Shown: positions 9,908 through 18,584, counted from the first letter of the stretch. The stretch: DNA of 55,111 bases from Oculatellaceae cyanobacterium bins.114 (GCA_033764315.1 JANRJA010000175.1:1-55111), one strand, 5' to 3'. Translations and numbers: made by a program. The notes: generated from the letters alone by a model not told the origin.

Positions 9908-10624
9908 ATGGATTTATCCGACGAACAACAGCGATTGCTATTTGCAAGGCTGGCAAGACATTTAATGGAAGGGTTGGGCGAAACTCGTGATGAGTTTGCT
10001 GCCCGTTTTGACATGACAACCCAAAATCTTTGGTACTGGATCGGATCAAAAAACAATCCGATTGCTCGCACTAGTCCATCAAAAATTGCACCAAAACACC
10101 TCACTACATTGGCGTCTTTGGCGGGCTGGTCAATTGAACAGCTTTGGTTTTACTTGAAGACGGGCAATGAACCCAGTAATGATTCAGTAGCTAACCTGAA
10201 GCTACTAATGCAGTCGGCCCCACTGACGGATGTTGAAGCGGCGATCGCGATTGGCGTACGCCGTTTGGCTCAAGCTGCTGGCGTTCCCGCAATTGAACGC
10301 CCTGTTGATGTAGCATTAAATACTCAAGATGTTAAGTATAAGAAAACGTATATATCTAGAAACAGCCAAGAGGGGGTTACTATGTCGGTCGGCTCCATGA
10401 TTGCAGGAGGTTTGCAAAAGTCAGGGGATAAATTCATTGTGGCGTCTGGTCTTAGCGAAAGCAGGCTAAAGACCCTGGCCAACAATCCGTCGCTAGCGAG
10501 CAACGAAGAGCTGGAGGCAATTGCTAAAGCACTCTACAGTACCAAAGTCACCAAAGAACTTTGGACGGTTGCAGAGCTGCACGATTTAATTCGTACCACT
10601 CGCCGACCCACGGGTCAGACTTGA
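9908..10624 (+). CDS. Putative immunity repressor (XRE-like HTH)
   Basis: ETRDEFAARFDMTTQNLWYW HTH; divergent from the early operon across an AT-rich spacer. Confidence 0.6.
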   Translation: MDLSDEQQRLLFARLARHLMEGLGETRDEFAARFDMTTQNLWYWIGSKNNPIARTSPSKIAPKHLTTLASLAGWSIEQLWFYLKTGNEPSNDSVANLKLLMQSAPLTDVEAAIAIGVRRLAQAAGVPAIERPVDVALNTQDVKYKKTYISRNSQEGVTMSVGSMIAGGLQKSGDKFIVASGLSESRLKTLANNPSLASNEELEAIAKALYSTKVTKELWTVAELHDLIRTTRRPTGQT

Positions 10625-10950
10625 TCGGGTTCAGGCTGCTCTTGCTCCATCGCTTCGGCAACGAAAACGGCCTCAACCCGAACACCTAAATTTTTTGCTA
10701 TTACGATTAGATCTTCTTGCTGACTGATGGCGTCAAAAACCCATTCATCTTCGCACTCAAAGACAATGGCTTGACGAGCGGAAGAATAGTAGGGAGGGCA
10801 ATCGCTTTGCCGCAAGAGTTTACGTTGAGCTGCGGTCAGCTTGTCTAGGAATATTGCGATCAGATGCTCAAAAAGCCTCTGCAACGCAGGGACTTGGGAC
10901 GATTCAGGACACATGCAAGGGCAAAGATTGAACAACTTAAAAGGAGGCAC
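10615..10950 (-). CDS. Hypothetical protein
   Basis: ORF with protein-like composition; start uncertain. Confidence 0.45.
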   Translation of the reverse strand: MPPFKLFNLCPCMCPESSQVPALQRLFEHLIAIFLDKLTAAQRKLLRQSDCPPYYSSARQAIVFECEDEWVFDAISQQEDLIVIAKNLGVRVEAVFVAEAMEQEQPEPDQV

Positions 10951-11278
10951 ACCCTTAATATTGCCTCAGTATTCTCCCTGAGTGCATTAGTGTTTATACG
11001 AGTCGAGAAGCAGTATTATGCAGCACCCTTTTAATCGAGCTGGTGACGGTCGTCACATCTCCGTTTAAACTGAAACAACAATATTAGTACATTGATACTA
11101 ATTGCGATCGCAAATCCGCACAGTTGCGTAATGAGTTTGACGATATGTGCTGACAGACGCTAATGCATTTGAGATGATTTTCAACGGGCAGCCAACTTTT
11201 CCAGGGTCGGGCTGCCCGTCGTTGTTTTTGGGAGATAGACGGTAGACCGCTAACGGTGCACCGTCTTATTTGCATTGT

Positions 11279-11497
11279 ATGAGATTAGGTGGTGAAGAAA
11301 TCACGCCAAAATTGTTGCGCGAACGAGTAGGTTTAACGCAGCAACAGGTGGCGATCGCTTTGGGCAAAAGGGTCGGGACTGTCTCGGAGTGGGAGCGCAG
11401 GCTCTACGCGCCCCGATTGACGTTTAGGGAGACCTTGAAACTGATGGAGATTTATCAATGCACACTAGAAGATTTGGCTGAGGCTTTTGATGAGTAG
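11279..11497 (+). CDS. XRE-family HTH regulator
   Basis: LRERVGLTQQQVAIALGKRVGTVSEWER; AGACGGT..ACCGTCT inverted repeat upstream. Confidence 0.9.
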   Translation: MRLGGEEITPKLLRERVGLTQQQVAIALGKRVGTVSEWERRLYAPRLTFRETLKLMEIYQCTLEDLAEAFDE

Positions 11498-11592
11498 CGA
11501 TCGCCCAACTTCATCAATACTTCATGACTGCCACCTGTTAAACCCTATGAATACAAGGGCATTTTGAAAGAAGCGTTTTGTTCACTACCACC

Positions 11593-11934
11593 ATGAAAAG
11601 ATTTTTGCTTGCGTTTGCAGCGGTTTCCCTGCTTGCTGGGTGTGCCGCTCCTACCCCTACTTCCACATCCTCCGGCTCTACAGCCCCTACTTCCTCCAGT
11701 CCCAGTCCCACCGCCAGTGAAATCACGCTTGAAAAATACAATCAAATCAAAGCTGGCATGACCCAAGATCAGGTTGAGGAGGTTTTGGGCAAAGGTACTG
11801 AGATGAGCCGCGTTGAAATGCCCAATGTGCCCGTAACTGTGGTTTACATGTGGCAGAACCCGAACGGCTCAAATATGAACGTAACCTTTCAAGGCGGTAA
11901 GGTCGTTACCCTAGCTCAGTTTGGATTGAAATAA
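11593..11934 (+). CDS. Lipoprotein (DUF3862/BLIP/SmpA-like), possible superinfection-exclusion factor
   Basis: Signal peptide with LAGC lipobox, S/T/P linker, ITLEKYNQIKAGMTQDQVEEVLG. Confidence 0.8.
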   Translation: MKRFLLAFAAVSLLAGCAAPTPTSTSSGSTAPTSSSPSPTASEITLEKYNQIKAGMTQDQVEEVLGKGTEMSRVEMPNVPVTVVYMWQNPNGSNMNVTFQGGKVVTLAQFGLK

Positions 11935-11966
11935 TTCGATTTGTTTATCGTGGTGGACTCTAAGCA

Positions 11967-11995
11967 AAGCCCCTGATCTAAGTGGTCAGGGGCTT
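11967..11995 (+). terminator. Intrinsic terminator after the lipoprotein gene
   Basis: AAGCCCCTGA..TCAGGGGCTT followed by a T run. Confidence 0.65.
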
Positions 11996-12010
11996 GTTTT
12001 TGCCTATGGT

Positions 12011-12044
12011 AGATCCGCAAAATTTCTTTGATCGTTGCGGATTT
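12011..12044. other. 34-bp 13-8-13 inverted-repeat site (loxP-like architecture)
   Basis: AGATCCGCAAAAT TTCTTTGA TCGTTGCGGATTT. Confidence 0.5.
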
Positions 12045-12091
12045 GATTAAAGCTTTTCTGTGGCGATCGCGCCCTTAGATCTTAGGCATGG

Positions 12092-12582
12092 TTACTGACG
12101 AATAATCAGCGGAGTTCCATCTGGAGCCATTCTGAGGAGCAACGCTTGACCTGCGGCTCAGTAATAATGCATCCCTGACTACCATCCTTTAACCCAGTGC
12201 TCATGGTGTGAATGGAATACACAATCGGTAGCCTGCGCTCATAGTTGTAGCCTCCATCCTTAAAAGCCAGAACCGGCATTAAGTGCAGTTCAGGGTCAGC
12301 AGAAATGTTTCTCATAACTTGAAACGTGCCCGTAGGGGTGGGCGTCTCTGGGGCACCGATGCCGATGGGGTAACAGCGGCTTAGGTAGCAAAGCTGGCGA
12401 TCGCTTAGGTCAACAAATATCGCCTGATTTGTATTTGATAGCGATCGCGTTTCGGCTGAATTAGCAATCGGATAATGGGTGCGACTTCCAACTTGAAGAC
12501 AGGTAATTCCTAGCCACAGTAATATCAGCGAGGTCAAAAGGCTTGAAAATTTAGAAGCCATCGCTTTCTCCGATAAATTCAA
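12092..12582 (-). pseudogene. YkuD-like L,D-transpeptidase, apparently frameshifted near the C-terminus
   Basis: IFVDLSDRQL, PTPTGTF, IH..SQGC; the alternative frame gives the canonical end MAPDGTPLIIRQ* (stop 12092). Confidence 0.65.
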
Positions 12583-12865
12583 CGTTTACAAGCGGGATGC
12601 TTTTTTTGTCTCTGGTGTTATATCTCGAAGCACTCATCCAGCGGGAAATTACCCGCCACTGATACCCACCCCAGTCAATAAAATCACCGGGGATTGGATC
12701 GGCATAAAAGCCCATCAAATATCTCCCTTCAATTTGCTTGCTTTTCTCAAAGGTCATTCCTTCTTTGACCGAACCAGGTAAGAGAAAATCTACCATCCAA
12801 AAGACCTGTTTTCGAGTTGCTTGAACAGGGGTTGCATCAACCCCAAAGCTCATAAATTTAGGCAT
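12551..12865 (-). CDS. Hypothetical protein
   Basis: ATG ORF overlapping the L,D-transpeptidase start region. Confidence 0.6.
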   Translation of the reverse strand: MPKFMSFGVDATPVQATRKQVFWMVDFLLPGSVKEGMTFEKSKQIEGRYLMGFYADPIPGDFIDWGGYQWRVISRWMSASRYNTRDKKSIPLVNVEFIGESDGF

Positions 12866-12902
12866 TGCCGTAAACCTTAATGTTGATAGTTTATTAGCCC
12901 TT

Positions 12903-13059
12903 TGTTGGGCATTGAAATTTGTTGGGTGGCTTGTTGGGTAGGTTGTTGGGTTGTTGGGTAAATTTGTTGGGTAAGTGCTGTTGGGTTGTTGGGTTGCCTG
13001 TTGGGTCGTTACCCAACAACCCTTTCTGGGGGTCTACCCAACAACCCAACAACCCAACA
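12903..13059. repeat. Heptamer/octamer repeat locus: 9 x TGTTGGG then 4 x inverted CCCAACA (clt-like or centromere-like)
   Basis: Counted directly; begins at the stop codon of the ATPase gene. Confidence 0.9.
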
Positions 13060-13061
13060 GT

Positions 13062-14609
13062 TCACCCAATAGAGTTAAGTTTCTGATAGTAAAAATCTTC
13101 TTGCTTGGTAAGCTTGCCCTCTGCCACAAGCAAATCAAGATACACAGAAAGATCTTCAGAACTAACCCCAACCAATCCCTTGGCCTTGCTCATCACAATG
13201 TCTCTAACTTTGTGCTTTTGCCCAGAGCGTTTAGAGAACCAAGACAGCAGTGATTCTTCAATCGTTGGCTCACCTTCGCTCACTTTAGGCTGTAGCTCCG
13301 TGCTCTCAAAAAGCTCTGCATCGTCGGGCAAGCTGAAAGCACTTGCAGTGGGTTGATTGTCAACTTGAGAGCGCGTGTCTCGGTTGTATCCAGAGTGGTT
13401 TTCAAGGGATGGCATTGCATACCAATGCTGCCCATCACACCAGCAGCGACTGACTGGAGATTCGTCCATTTTGGCTTTGATATCTGCCATATTTCGAGCC
13501 GAATCAGCCACAAATTTGGCAGCTAAAACCGCCTCAATTTGCATTTCCTCTCCCCTCAATCCAATGATGAGAAGTCTGAATCTAGAGCGAGCTGCACCAT
13601 TGACTCTAAGGTCATCAGTGTGAGCACTTTGCCCTGCTTCAAAGACGTATTTTTGACGGCTATCACCTGTGCTCACTAGGGCGTTAACCGCTTCTACATA
13701 GCGGCGTGAGTGTGTGCGTACCTCAGTGCCCTCGTTACAGATGAGGATTGCCATCTCAGGTACGCTCAAAAACTCATCTAAACAGCCCTCAATCCAGTCC
13801 TTAGCCTCTCTCCAGGTAGCGATCGCGAGGTTCTTGCGATAGAGAGTCGTGTTAGGCAGATTTGCATAGTAGGCCGTTTCCTTGGGGTCATCTTTGCAGT
13901 CCATCACAAAGAATTTGAACCCTGGCCTCTGGGCTATCAATTGCCGCAATACGTTGCTGAGCACAATATCTTTGCCACCACCGCTGACACTGACAATCAG
14001 CGAGGTACGCAGACGAGAGCCAATCAGGTGATCTACGGGCGATCGCAACTCCACAGCTTTTTCCTCCTTGACCTCCTCAGCAGGGGTGTCTAGAACTGTT
14101 GCGTCAAATGGATTAGCAACTGCTGGTTGTTGCGACTGCTGAGCATGTGCAGGTGTGGGTGTGCTGACAATTGGCTGTTGCACCGGCTGTGGGTGGCTCA
14201 CCACAACCGGAGTAATCGCGGTGGGCTCAGGAGCCGCAATTGCCTTGACTGGAACCGTTGCAGATAGTTGATAGTGTTTCGAGTCTTCTTCGTATGCCTT
14301 GCGATCGCTCTCATCCAACAGGTCTACAAAATCGCCTGCAACGATTCTGCGACGTGATTCAGCACGCTTGTTGTAGGTCTGATACCAGTTGTAAGCAAGT
14401 AGCCCCGCAAAGATGGGGGCTATCCCCATGCCTCCGAAAAAGACAGCTACTGCACCAACTGCTAGATGCTTGATGGCTGAAAACACATAGTTGTCCTGGC
14501 TTTGCAATTGACGCAGTGCAGCCCTTTGATAAACCAGTTCGGGGGTTAGTTTTCCTGTTCTTTCAAGCTCTAACAGAGCTTCAATCTCTTTTGGTGTAAG
14601 ACTTTGCAT
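13062..14609 (-). CDS. Membrane-anchored FtsK/TraB-like P-loop ATPase with C-terminal winged helix
   Basis: N-terminal TM segment, P/Q-rich linker, SVSGGGKD (Walker A variant), VMDCK, ILICNE (Walker B variant), EAGQ, C-terminal wHTH-like region. Confidence 0.65.
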   Translation of the reverse strand: MQSLTPKEIEALLELERTGKLTPELVYQRAALRQLQSQDNYVFSAIKHLAVGAVAVFFGGMGIAPIFAGLLAYNWYQTYNKRAESRRRIVAGDFVDLLDESDRKAYEEDSKHYQLSATVPVKAIAAPEPTAITPVVVSHPQPVQQPIVSTPTPAHAQQSQQPAVANPFDATVLDTPAEEVKEEKAVELRSPVDHLIGSRLRTSLIVSVSGGGKDIVLSNVLRQLIAQRPGFKFFVMDCKDDPKETAYYANLPNTTLYRKNLAIATWREAKDWIEGCLDEFLSVPEMAILICNEGTEVRTHSRRYVEAVNALVSTGDSRQKYVFEAGQSAHTDDLRVNGAARSRFRLLIIGLRGEEMQIEAVLAAKFVADSARNMADIKAKMDESPVSRCWCDGQHWYAMPSLENHSGYNRDTRSQVDNQPTASAFSLPDDAELFESTELQPKVSEGEPTIEESLLSWFSKRSGQKHKVRDIVMSKAKGLVGVSSEDLSVYLDLLVAEGKLTKQEDFYYQKLNSIG

Positions 14610-14622
14610 CGTTTTTGCTTCC

Positions 14623-14644
14623 AAAAAAGGGGCATTGCTGCCCC
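14623..14644 (-). terminator. Terminator-like hairpin directly upstream of the ATPase start
   Basis: Minus strand GGGGCAGCAATGCCCC-TTTTTT. Confidence 0.5.
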
Positions 14645-14669
14645 GTGACTGCTGGGATTTAGGAGAGGA

Positions 14670-15452
14670 TTAGTTATTGGCAAAGTGGTTGGTTGCGACG
14701 CTCACCACCAATTTGTAAGCCTGATAGACCAATTCGACGGCAAACAGCGTGCCAAAGGCGTTGAAGATGTTGCCCCAGTCGAGGTAGTCCCACGCACCGG
14801 CTGCAAGCAGAGGAAGATTTACCCAACCACCTTGAACTGGGGGATAAAACCATAGGCAAATGCCACCATCAATTAGGTAGGCGACGGCTCTGCCGACATT
14901 GGCACGCTCTATCGCCTCTTCTGGAATGGAGTTAAATCGTGCTTTCAGTCGCCTGGTGAGTGGACTGTCATTTGCATCTTCTTTGAGGCGTGACCATTGT
15001 TTGATGCGAATCAAGGTGCTGAGGATGAATGCGGGTGAGTCCATCATGAGCGTTGGCAAAAGTTCAAGCCCTTGCAGAGCACACCAAAGCAGGAAAGCGG
15101 TTATAGCAACAAGAATGCCGCCTACACCTCCAAAAATCAGGTTCACCCCAGGGATGCCCATGATGAGTATCCCTAGCCCTGTATCAGCCCACTGCCCGAT
15201 CGCCTTGGAGACGATATCAACATACGGGCGAATGTTGCTGAGGATGAAGAATCCGCCAGTTGCCATCAGGCTGATTTTCAGAATCTCAAGAATTCTGTGT
15301 TCGCGGCTATCAATGCCCTCGATAGGCTCTGCCTGGGGTTGAGGTTGTTGGGGTTCGTGTTTGCGAGTCTCCGATTGCTGCGTTTCTTGCTTTTGCTGGC
15401 GATCTCTTAATCGCTTTCTGAATCGGTTTCCAACGGTTTTAGTTGAGGTCAT
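14670..15452 (-). CDS. Multi-pass membrane protein
   Basis: Basic N-terminus and several hydrophobic segments. Confidence 0.75.
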   Translation of the reverse strand: MTSTKTVGNRFRKRLRDRQQKQETQQSETRKHEPQQPQPQAEPIEGIDSREHRILEILKISLMATGGFFILSNIRPYVDIVSKAIGQWADTGLGILIMGIPGVNLIFGGVGGILVAITAFLLWCALQGLELLPTLMMDSPAFILSTLIRIKQWSRLKEDANDSPLTRRLKARFNSIPEEAIERANVGRAVAYLIDGGICLWFYPPVQGGWVNLPLLAAGAWDYLDWGNIFNAFGTLFAVELVYQAYKLVVSVATNHFANN

Positions 15453-15462
15453 GGCAATTTCC

Positions 15463-15954
15463 TTACTGAGCGGGGTTGTTGTGCTGGGGAATTGAATCGA
15501 GAGTGGTGTAGCGGAGTTTGGCCTGCTCGACTACGAGGCGATCGCTAGCAAACGCCATACTGGTGAGCCTGCCGCCTTTCAAAATCCCTGTGTTTCCAAG
15601 GTGGTCACAGTAAACGCCACCGTTTGGCAGTGGCTGGTTGGTGACAGGATCTAGAATTGCTTGCCCCTCTTGCAGGGCAACGAATGAGGCGCGATTGCGA
15701 CTAAACACCATCTGACAACCCTCCTCGTAACGCTTTACAGCGATCGCGTTTTGTCGCTCGGCTGAGGCAGTATCGAGCATCGCCTGACGCTCTATTTCTT
15801 GATTGGCCTCGATAATCTCGCTACTGGCCGCACGGCTCTGACTCATCTTGCGAAGTGAATCACCACCGTTCATGACGATGAACACCAGGGCGATTAGCCC
15901 TCCAACGGCGTATACGGGGTCAATCTGGGGAATCTGAAGCTGTTTTTTCATCAC
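15463..15954 (-). CDS. Single-pass membrane protein
   Basis: VYAVGGLIALVFIVM TM segment followed by a coiled coil. Confidence 0.7.
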   Translation of the reverse strand: MMKKQLQIPQIDPVYAVGGLIALVFIVMNGGDSLRKMSQSRAASSEIIEANQEIERQAMLDTASAERQNAIAVKRYEEGCQMVFSRNRASFVALQEGQAILDPVTNQPLPNGGVYCDHLGNTGILKGGRLTSMAFASDRLVVEQAKLRYTTLDSIPQHNNPAQ

Positions 15955-16262
15955 TTCCCCTCCGTCGCATAGACCTTGGCGTTGACTTGCTCCGAGAGAG
16001 CAACAAGTAGTCCATTCTGGATAGACTCTTTTTCTTCCAGAATCACCTCGATCGCTTCGCGCACCACTTCATCGCAAACGTGGTCAGGGTCGAGCGATTC
16101 CATGACCACGTTGAAGCCCTCTCCTAGTGCGGCATTGAGGGCGATCGCGCTAATCATCAGCAACTTGTCTTGCCTGCTGATTTTTTGGAACTTGGTGCCG
16201 AACTCCTCAACTAACTGCTGAGTTAGCTCGGTGTCGGCGTAGAAAGTAACAACCTTCGACAT
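15951..16262 (-). CDS. Hypothetical acidic protein
   Basis: AGGAG RBS before ATG 16262; ATGA coupling downstream. Confidence 0.7.
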   Translation of the reverse strand: MSKVVTFYADTELTQQLVEEFGTKFQKISRQDKLLMISAIALNAALGEGFNVVMESLDPDHVCDEVVREAIEVILEEKESIQNGLLVALSEQVNAKVYATEGK

Positions 16263-16342
16263 AATGAGGTATCTCCTTTTTCGAGAGGGGTGAAGCAATA
16301 GCCACTGCAACGGGGTGAGATTCGTGAGCGGTGGCTATTGCG

Positions 16343-16570
16343 TTAGTCAAGTAGTCCGGCAAATTCCGCGAGCGTTGCGGATTCAGGAGTGCTTTCCTGT
16401 ATGGGTGACATTGAACTAGGGTGAGCATTGAGGCAAAGGAGAAGTGTTTCTCGCTGGATGCAAACTGCCAAGATGAGATCTGAGATATCTGTGGTTCCAA
16501 ATTCGTCGGAAGCTTTCATCAGGCGGTCTATGGCAAATTGGCGGATTGAGTAGCGACCAGATGAGTTCAT
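16343..16570 (-). CDS. Small ParR-like adaptor (putative)
   Basis: ATGA-coupled to the ParM-like gene; size and position typical of ParR. Confidence 0.5.
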   Translation of the reverse strand: MNSSGRYSIRQFAIDRLMKASDEFGTTDISDLILAVCIQRETLLLCLNAHPSSMSPIQESTPESATLAEFAGLLD

Positions 16571-17655
16571 CGCCCACCACCTAACAGCACCGCAAACCGA
16601 CGCAACCCGCGAGCATTAGCCCATGCCCCGTCCTTGACGGGTACAATTCCCTGCTGGGTGAGTAGCTCTGAGATCAGGGGCAACTGCGAGCCACCACCAA
16701 TCGCGATGCTGTGTGAGCAAGTAGGTCGCCACTTTGAGCCAGCTTTGAGAGCGGTTTTGAGGACTGCCACGATCCAGGGCTTTAGCTCGCTGCGGTAAAT
16801 CTCCTCAAAGCTCCAACCTGTTTCGCCGTAGCGGAAAGAGCCAGTTTCAATTCCAGCGCGAACGATCTGGCGATCGCCTTCCTGCGAGAGCTGTCGAACC
16901 AAGTCAATATTTTTGGCGATCGCATTGATCAGGTTCTCGACACCGCCTGGTCTAACCTCTCGGTCAACTAGGCGACCTTTGGAGCCAAACACACTGATGA
17001 TGCAGGTTCCGTTGCCAAAGTCGTAGACCAGTGTTTGTTTTTCGGGGTCAATTTCCGAGCGGCATTGAACGATCGCCCCAGCTCCTTCCTCCAGGGTTTT
17101 GAGAATGTTGACAGTGATGGTCGTTTGTTTGCCGCAAGCATTGAACTCAACAACATGCTTGCCTTGCAAAACCGCCTGTAATTGGTCGCCAAATGCTTTT
17201 TGTAGATGGATAGAGGCAACCAAGTTGAGAATCATTTGAGCCTGATAAGGCAATGTGGCGAGGCATCCTAAGAGCAGATGTAAGCCATATGTAATCTTGC
17301 CTTGAGGGTCGTCTACTACCCTGAAATAGCTCTCAGGGTTTTGCTGGTAAGCAGGATGGCCAGCCAGCCAACGCGAGCCTTTAAGGTCAGTGCGATCGCC
17401 ATCGATATAAGCCACCAGTCCACCCTGGTCGCTGGTGGGTGGGTCGTAGATGTCGGCGTGAATTGGCAGGATGTAGCTAGGGCAGCGAACTTCGTGGATA
17501 TCGAGAGCAAGCTTGACTGAACCGTTGCCACAGTCAAAGCCTCCCGGCATGGGGTGACATGTTTCTGTCAAATCCTGACGGTTTTCTGACGGTTGCTTGG
17601 GTTGGGGTTTGGGGGTCATGGCTGATGGATTTAGGGTCAATGTTGCGTCACTCAT
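16567..17655 (-). CDS. parM: ParM/StbA-family actin-like ATPase
   Basis: GFDCGNGSVK (phosphate 1), EEGAG (connect 1), YDFGNGT (phosphate 2), AIGGGS (adenosine), ANARGL. Confidence 0.9.
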   Translation of the reverse strand: MSDATLTLNPSAMTPKPQPKQPSENRQDLTETCHPMPGGFDCGNGSVKLALDIHEVRCPSYILPIHADIYDPPTSDQGGLVAYIDGDRTDLKGSRWLAGHPAYQQNPESYFRVVDDPQGKITYGLHLLLGCLATLPYQAQMILNLVASIHLQKAFGDQLQAVLQGKHVVEFNACGKQTTITVNILKTLEEGAGAIVQCRSEIDPEKQTLVYDFGNGTCIISVFGSKGRLVDREVRPGGVENLINAIAKNIDLVRQLSQEGDRQIVRAGIETGSFRYGETGWSFEEIYRSELKPWIVAVLKTALKAGSKWRPTCSHSIAIGGGSQLPLISELLTQQGIVPVKDGAWANARGLRRFAVLLGGGR

Positions 17656-17780
17656 GGTTTTGAGGTGATTGATGGGTAGAAGTAATGCAAAAGTAGCCTG
17701 TCAAAATCTGCCTAATTTCTGGCGATTTCCTGACAGTGCATCTACACAATAAAAAACCCCTGGCTAGGGGTCAAGGGATT

Positions 17781-17799
17781 TACTGTAATATCTCCAGTA
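17781..17799. promoter_or_regulatory. Operator-like palindrome upstream of the parM operon
   Basis: TACTGTA-N5-TCCAGTA, variant of the site at 18209. Confidence 0.5.
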
Positions 17800-17810
17800 T
17801 TTAATTTTGC

Positions 17811-18101
17811 TTATAAGTTACCTTGCGATCGCAATTGTTCAATAACGGCTCTCATGATGTCTTCACTGCCAGAGCTGGCAACCTCAACTATCCGTTTGAT
17901 CGTTAAAGCGTAGCCCAGAGTGTTTTCGTATTGAGGGGGCATGTCGGGAAAGTCAATCCCAGAACCCCATCGCTCAACAGTGTCAACCTTTACGCCAATC
18001 ACCTCAGCTAAAAGATTGACGCATTTTTTGCGATACCCCCAGGCTTGCTCGCCCTCTTCTGTGACATTAAACCAATTTCGGCAGAAGTCACGCGGTTTCA
18101 T
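17811..18101 (-). CDS. HTH-like regulator
   Basis: LLAEVIGVKVDTVERWG; likely start MKPRDF at 18101. Confidence 0.65.
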   Translation of the reverse strand: MKPRDFCRNWFNVTEEGEQAWGYRKKCVNLLAEVIGVKVDTVERWGSGIDFPDMPPQYENTLGYALTIKRIVEVASSGSEDIMRAVIEQLRSQGNL

Positions 18102-18208
18102 GGTTTTAGGCAAAGTGACAGACAACACTCTACCTTTACTCGCTAATAGCAACATTTGCGTCACGTTTAATGGAGCCTTTCCACCAAATTTAGCATGAAT
18201 TCTTTGTG

Positions 18209-18233
18209 AACTACTGGATACTTTCCAGTAGTT
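18209..18233. promoter_or_regulatory. Perfect operator palindrome in a divergent promoter region
   Basis: AACTACTGGA-TACTT-TCCAGTAGTT. Confidence 0.6.
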
Positions 18234-18287
18234 TATGTATATTAGAGATATGGGGCAACACCCCAAACCTTCAAACCAAACAAGCCA

Positions 18288-18584
18288 ATGCAATCACGCC
18301 AAATCAAAGCCCAAAACTACAACGCCACGATCGCCTCTCTTAAGGGAAACGATGCCTGGTGTAACGACTGCCAAATGCTTAAAGTGCTTTGCCCCTGCAA
18401 CAGCACAAATCCCACCAACGCCGATGTTGATGCCTTGCTCAATCGTGCCGCTGAACTCAACGGCACACCAGTCTATGACGATGGCGATGATTCCTTGATT
18501 CCCGATGACTGGGATGACCTGTGGCAACGCTACAACCAGTTTGTTGGCGATCGCCCCTACCTGTCCGATAGATCGCCTGCCTGA
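18288..18584 (+). CDS. Hypothetical protein (Cys cluster)
   Basis: WCNDC...CPC; first gene of the rightward early unit. Confidence 0.55.
   Translation: MQSRQIKAQNYNATIASLKGNDAWCNDCQMLKVLCPCNSTNPTNADVDALLNRAAELNGTPVYDDGDDSLIPDDWDDLWQRYNQFVGDRPYLSDRSPA

Noticed and set aside
12903..13059. CRISPR array
   Set aside because: Repeats are 7-8 nt with tiny irregular spacers, and no cas genes are present
12975..13253. Plus-strand ORF over the repeat locus
   Set aside because: Its translation merely reflects the DNA repeats, and it is antisense to the ATPase 3' end
13062..16262. Classical T4SS conjugation module
   Set aside because: No relaxase, VirB4 or pilin recognisable; too few genes
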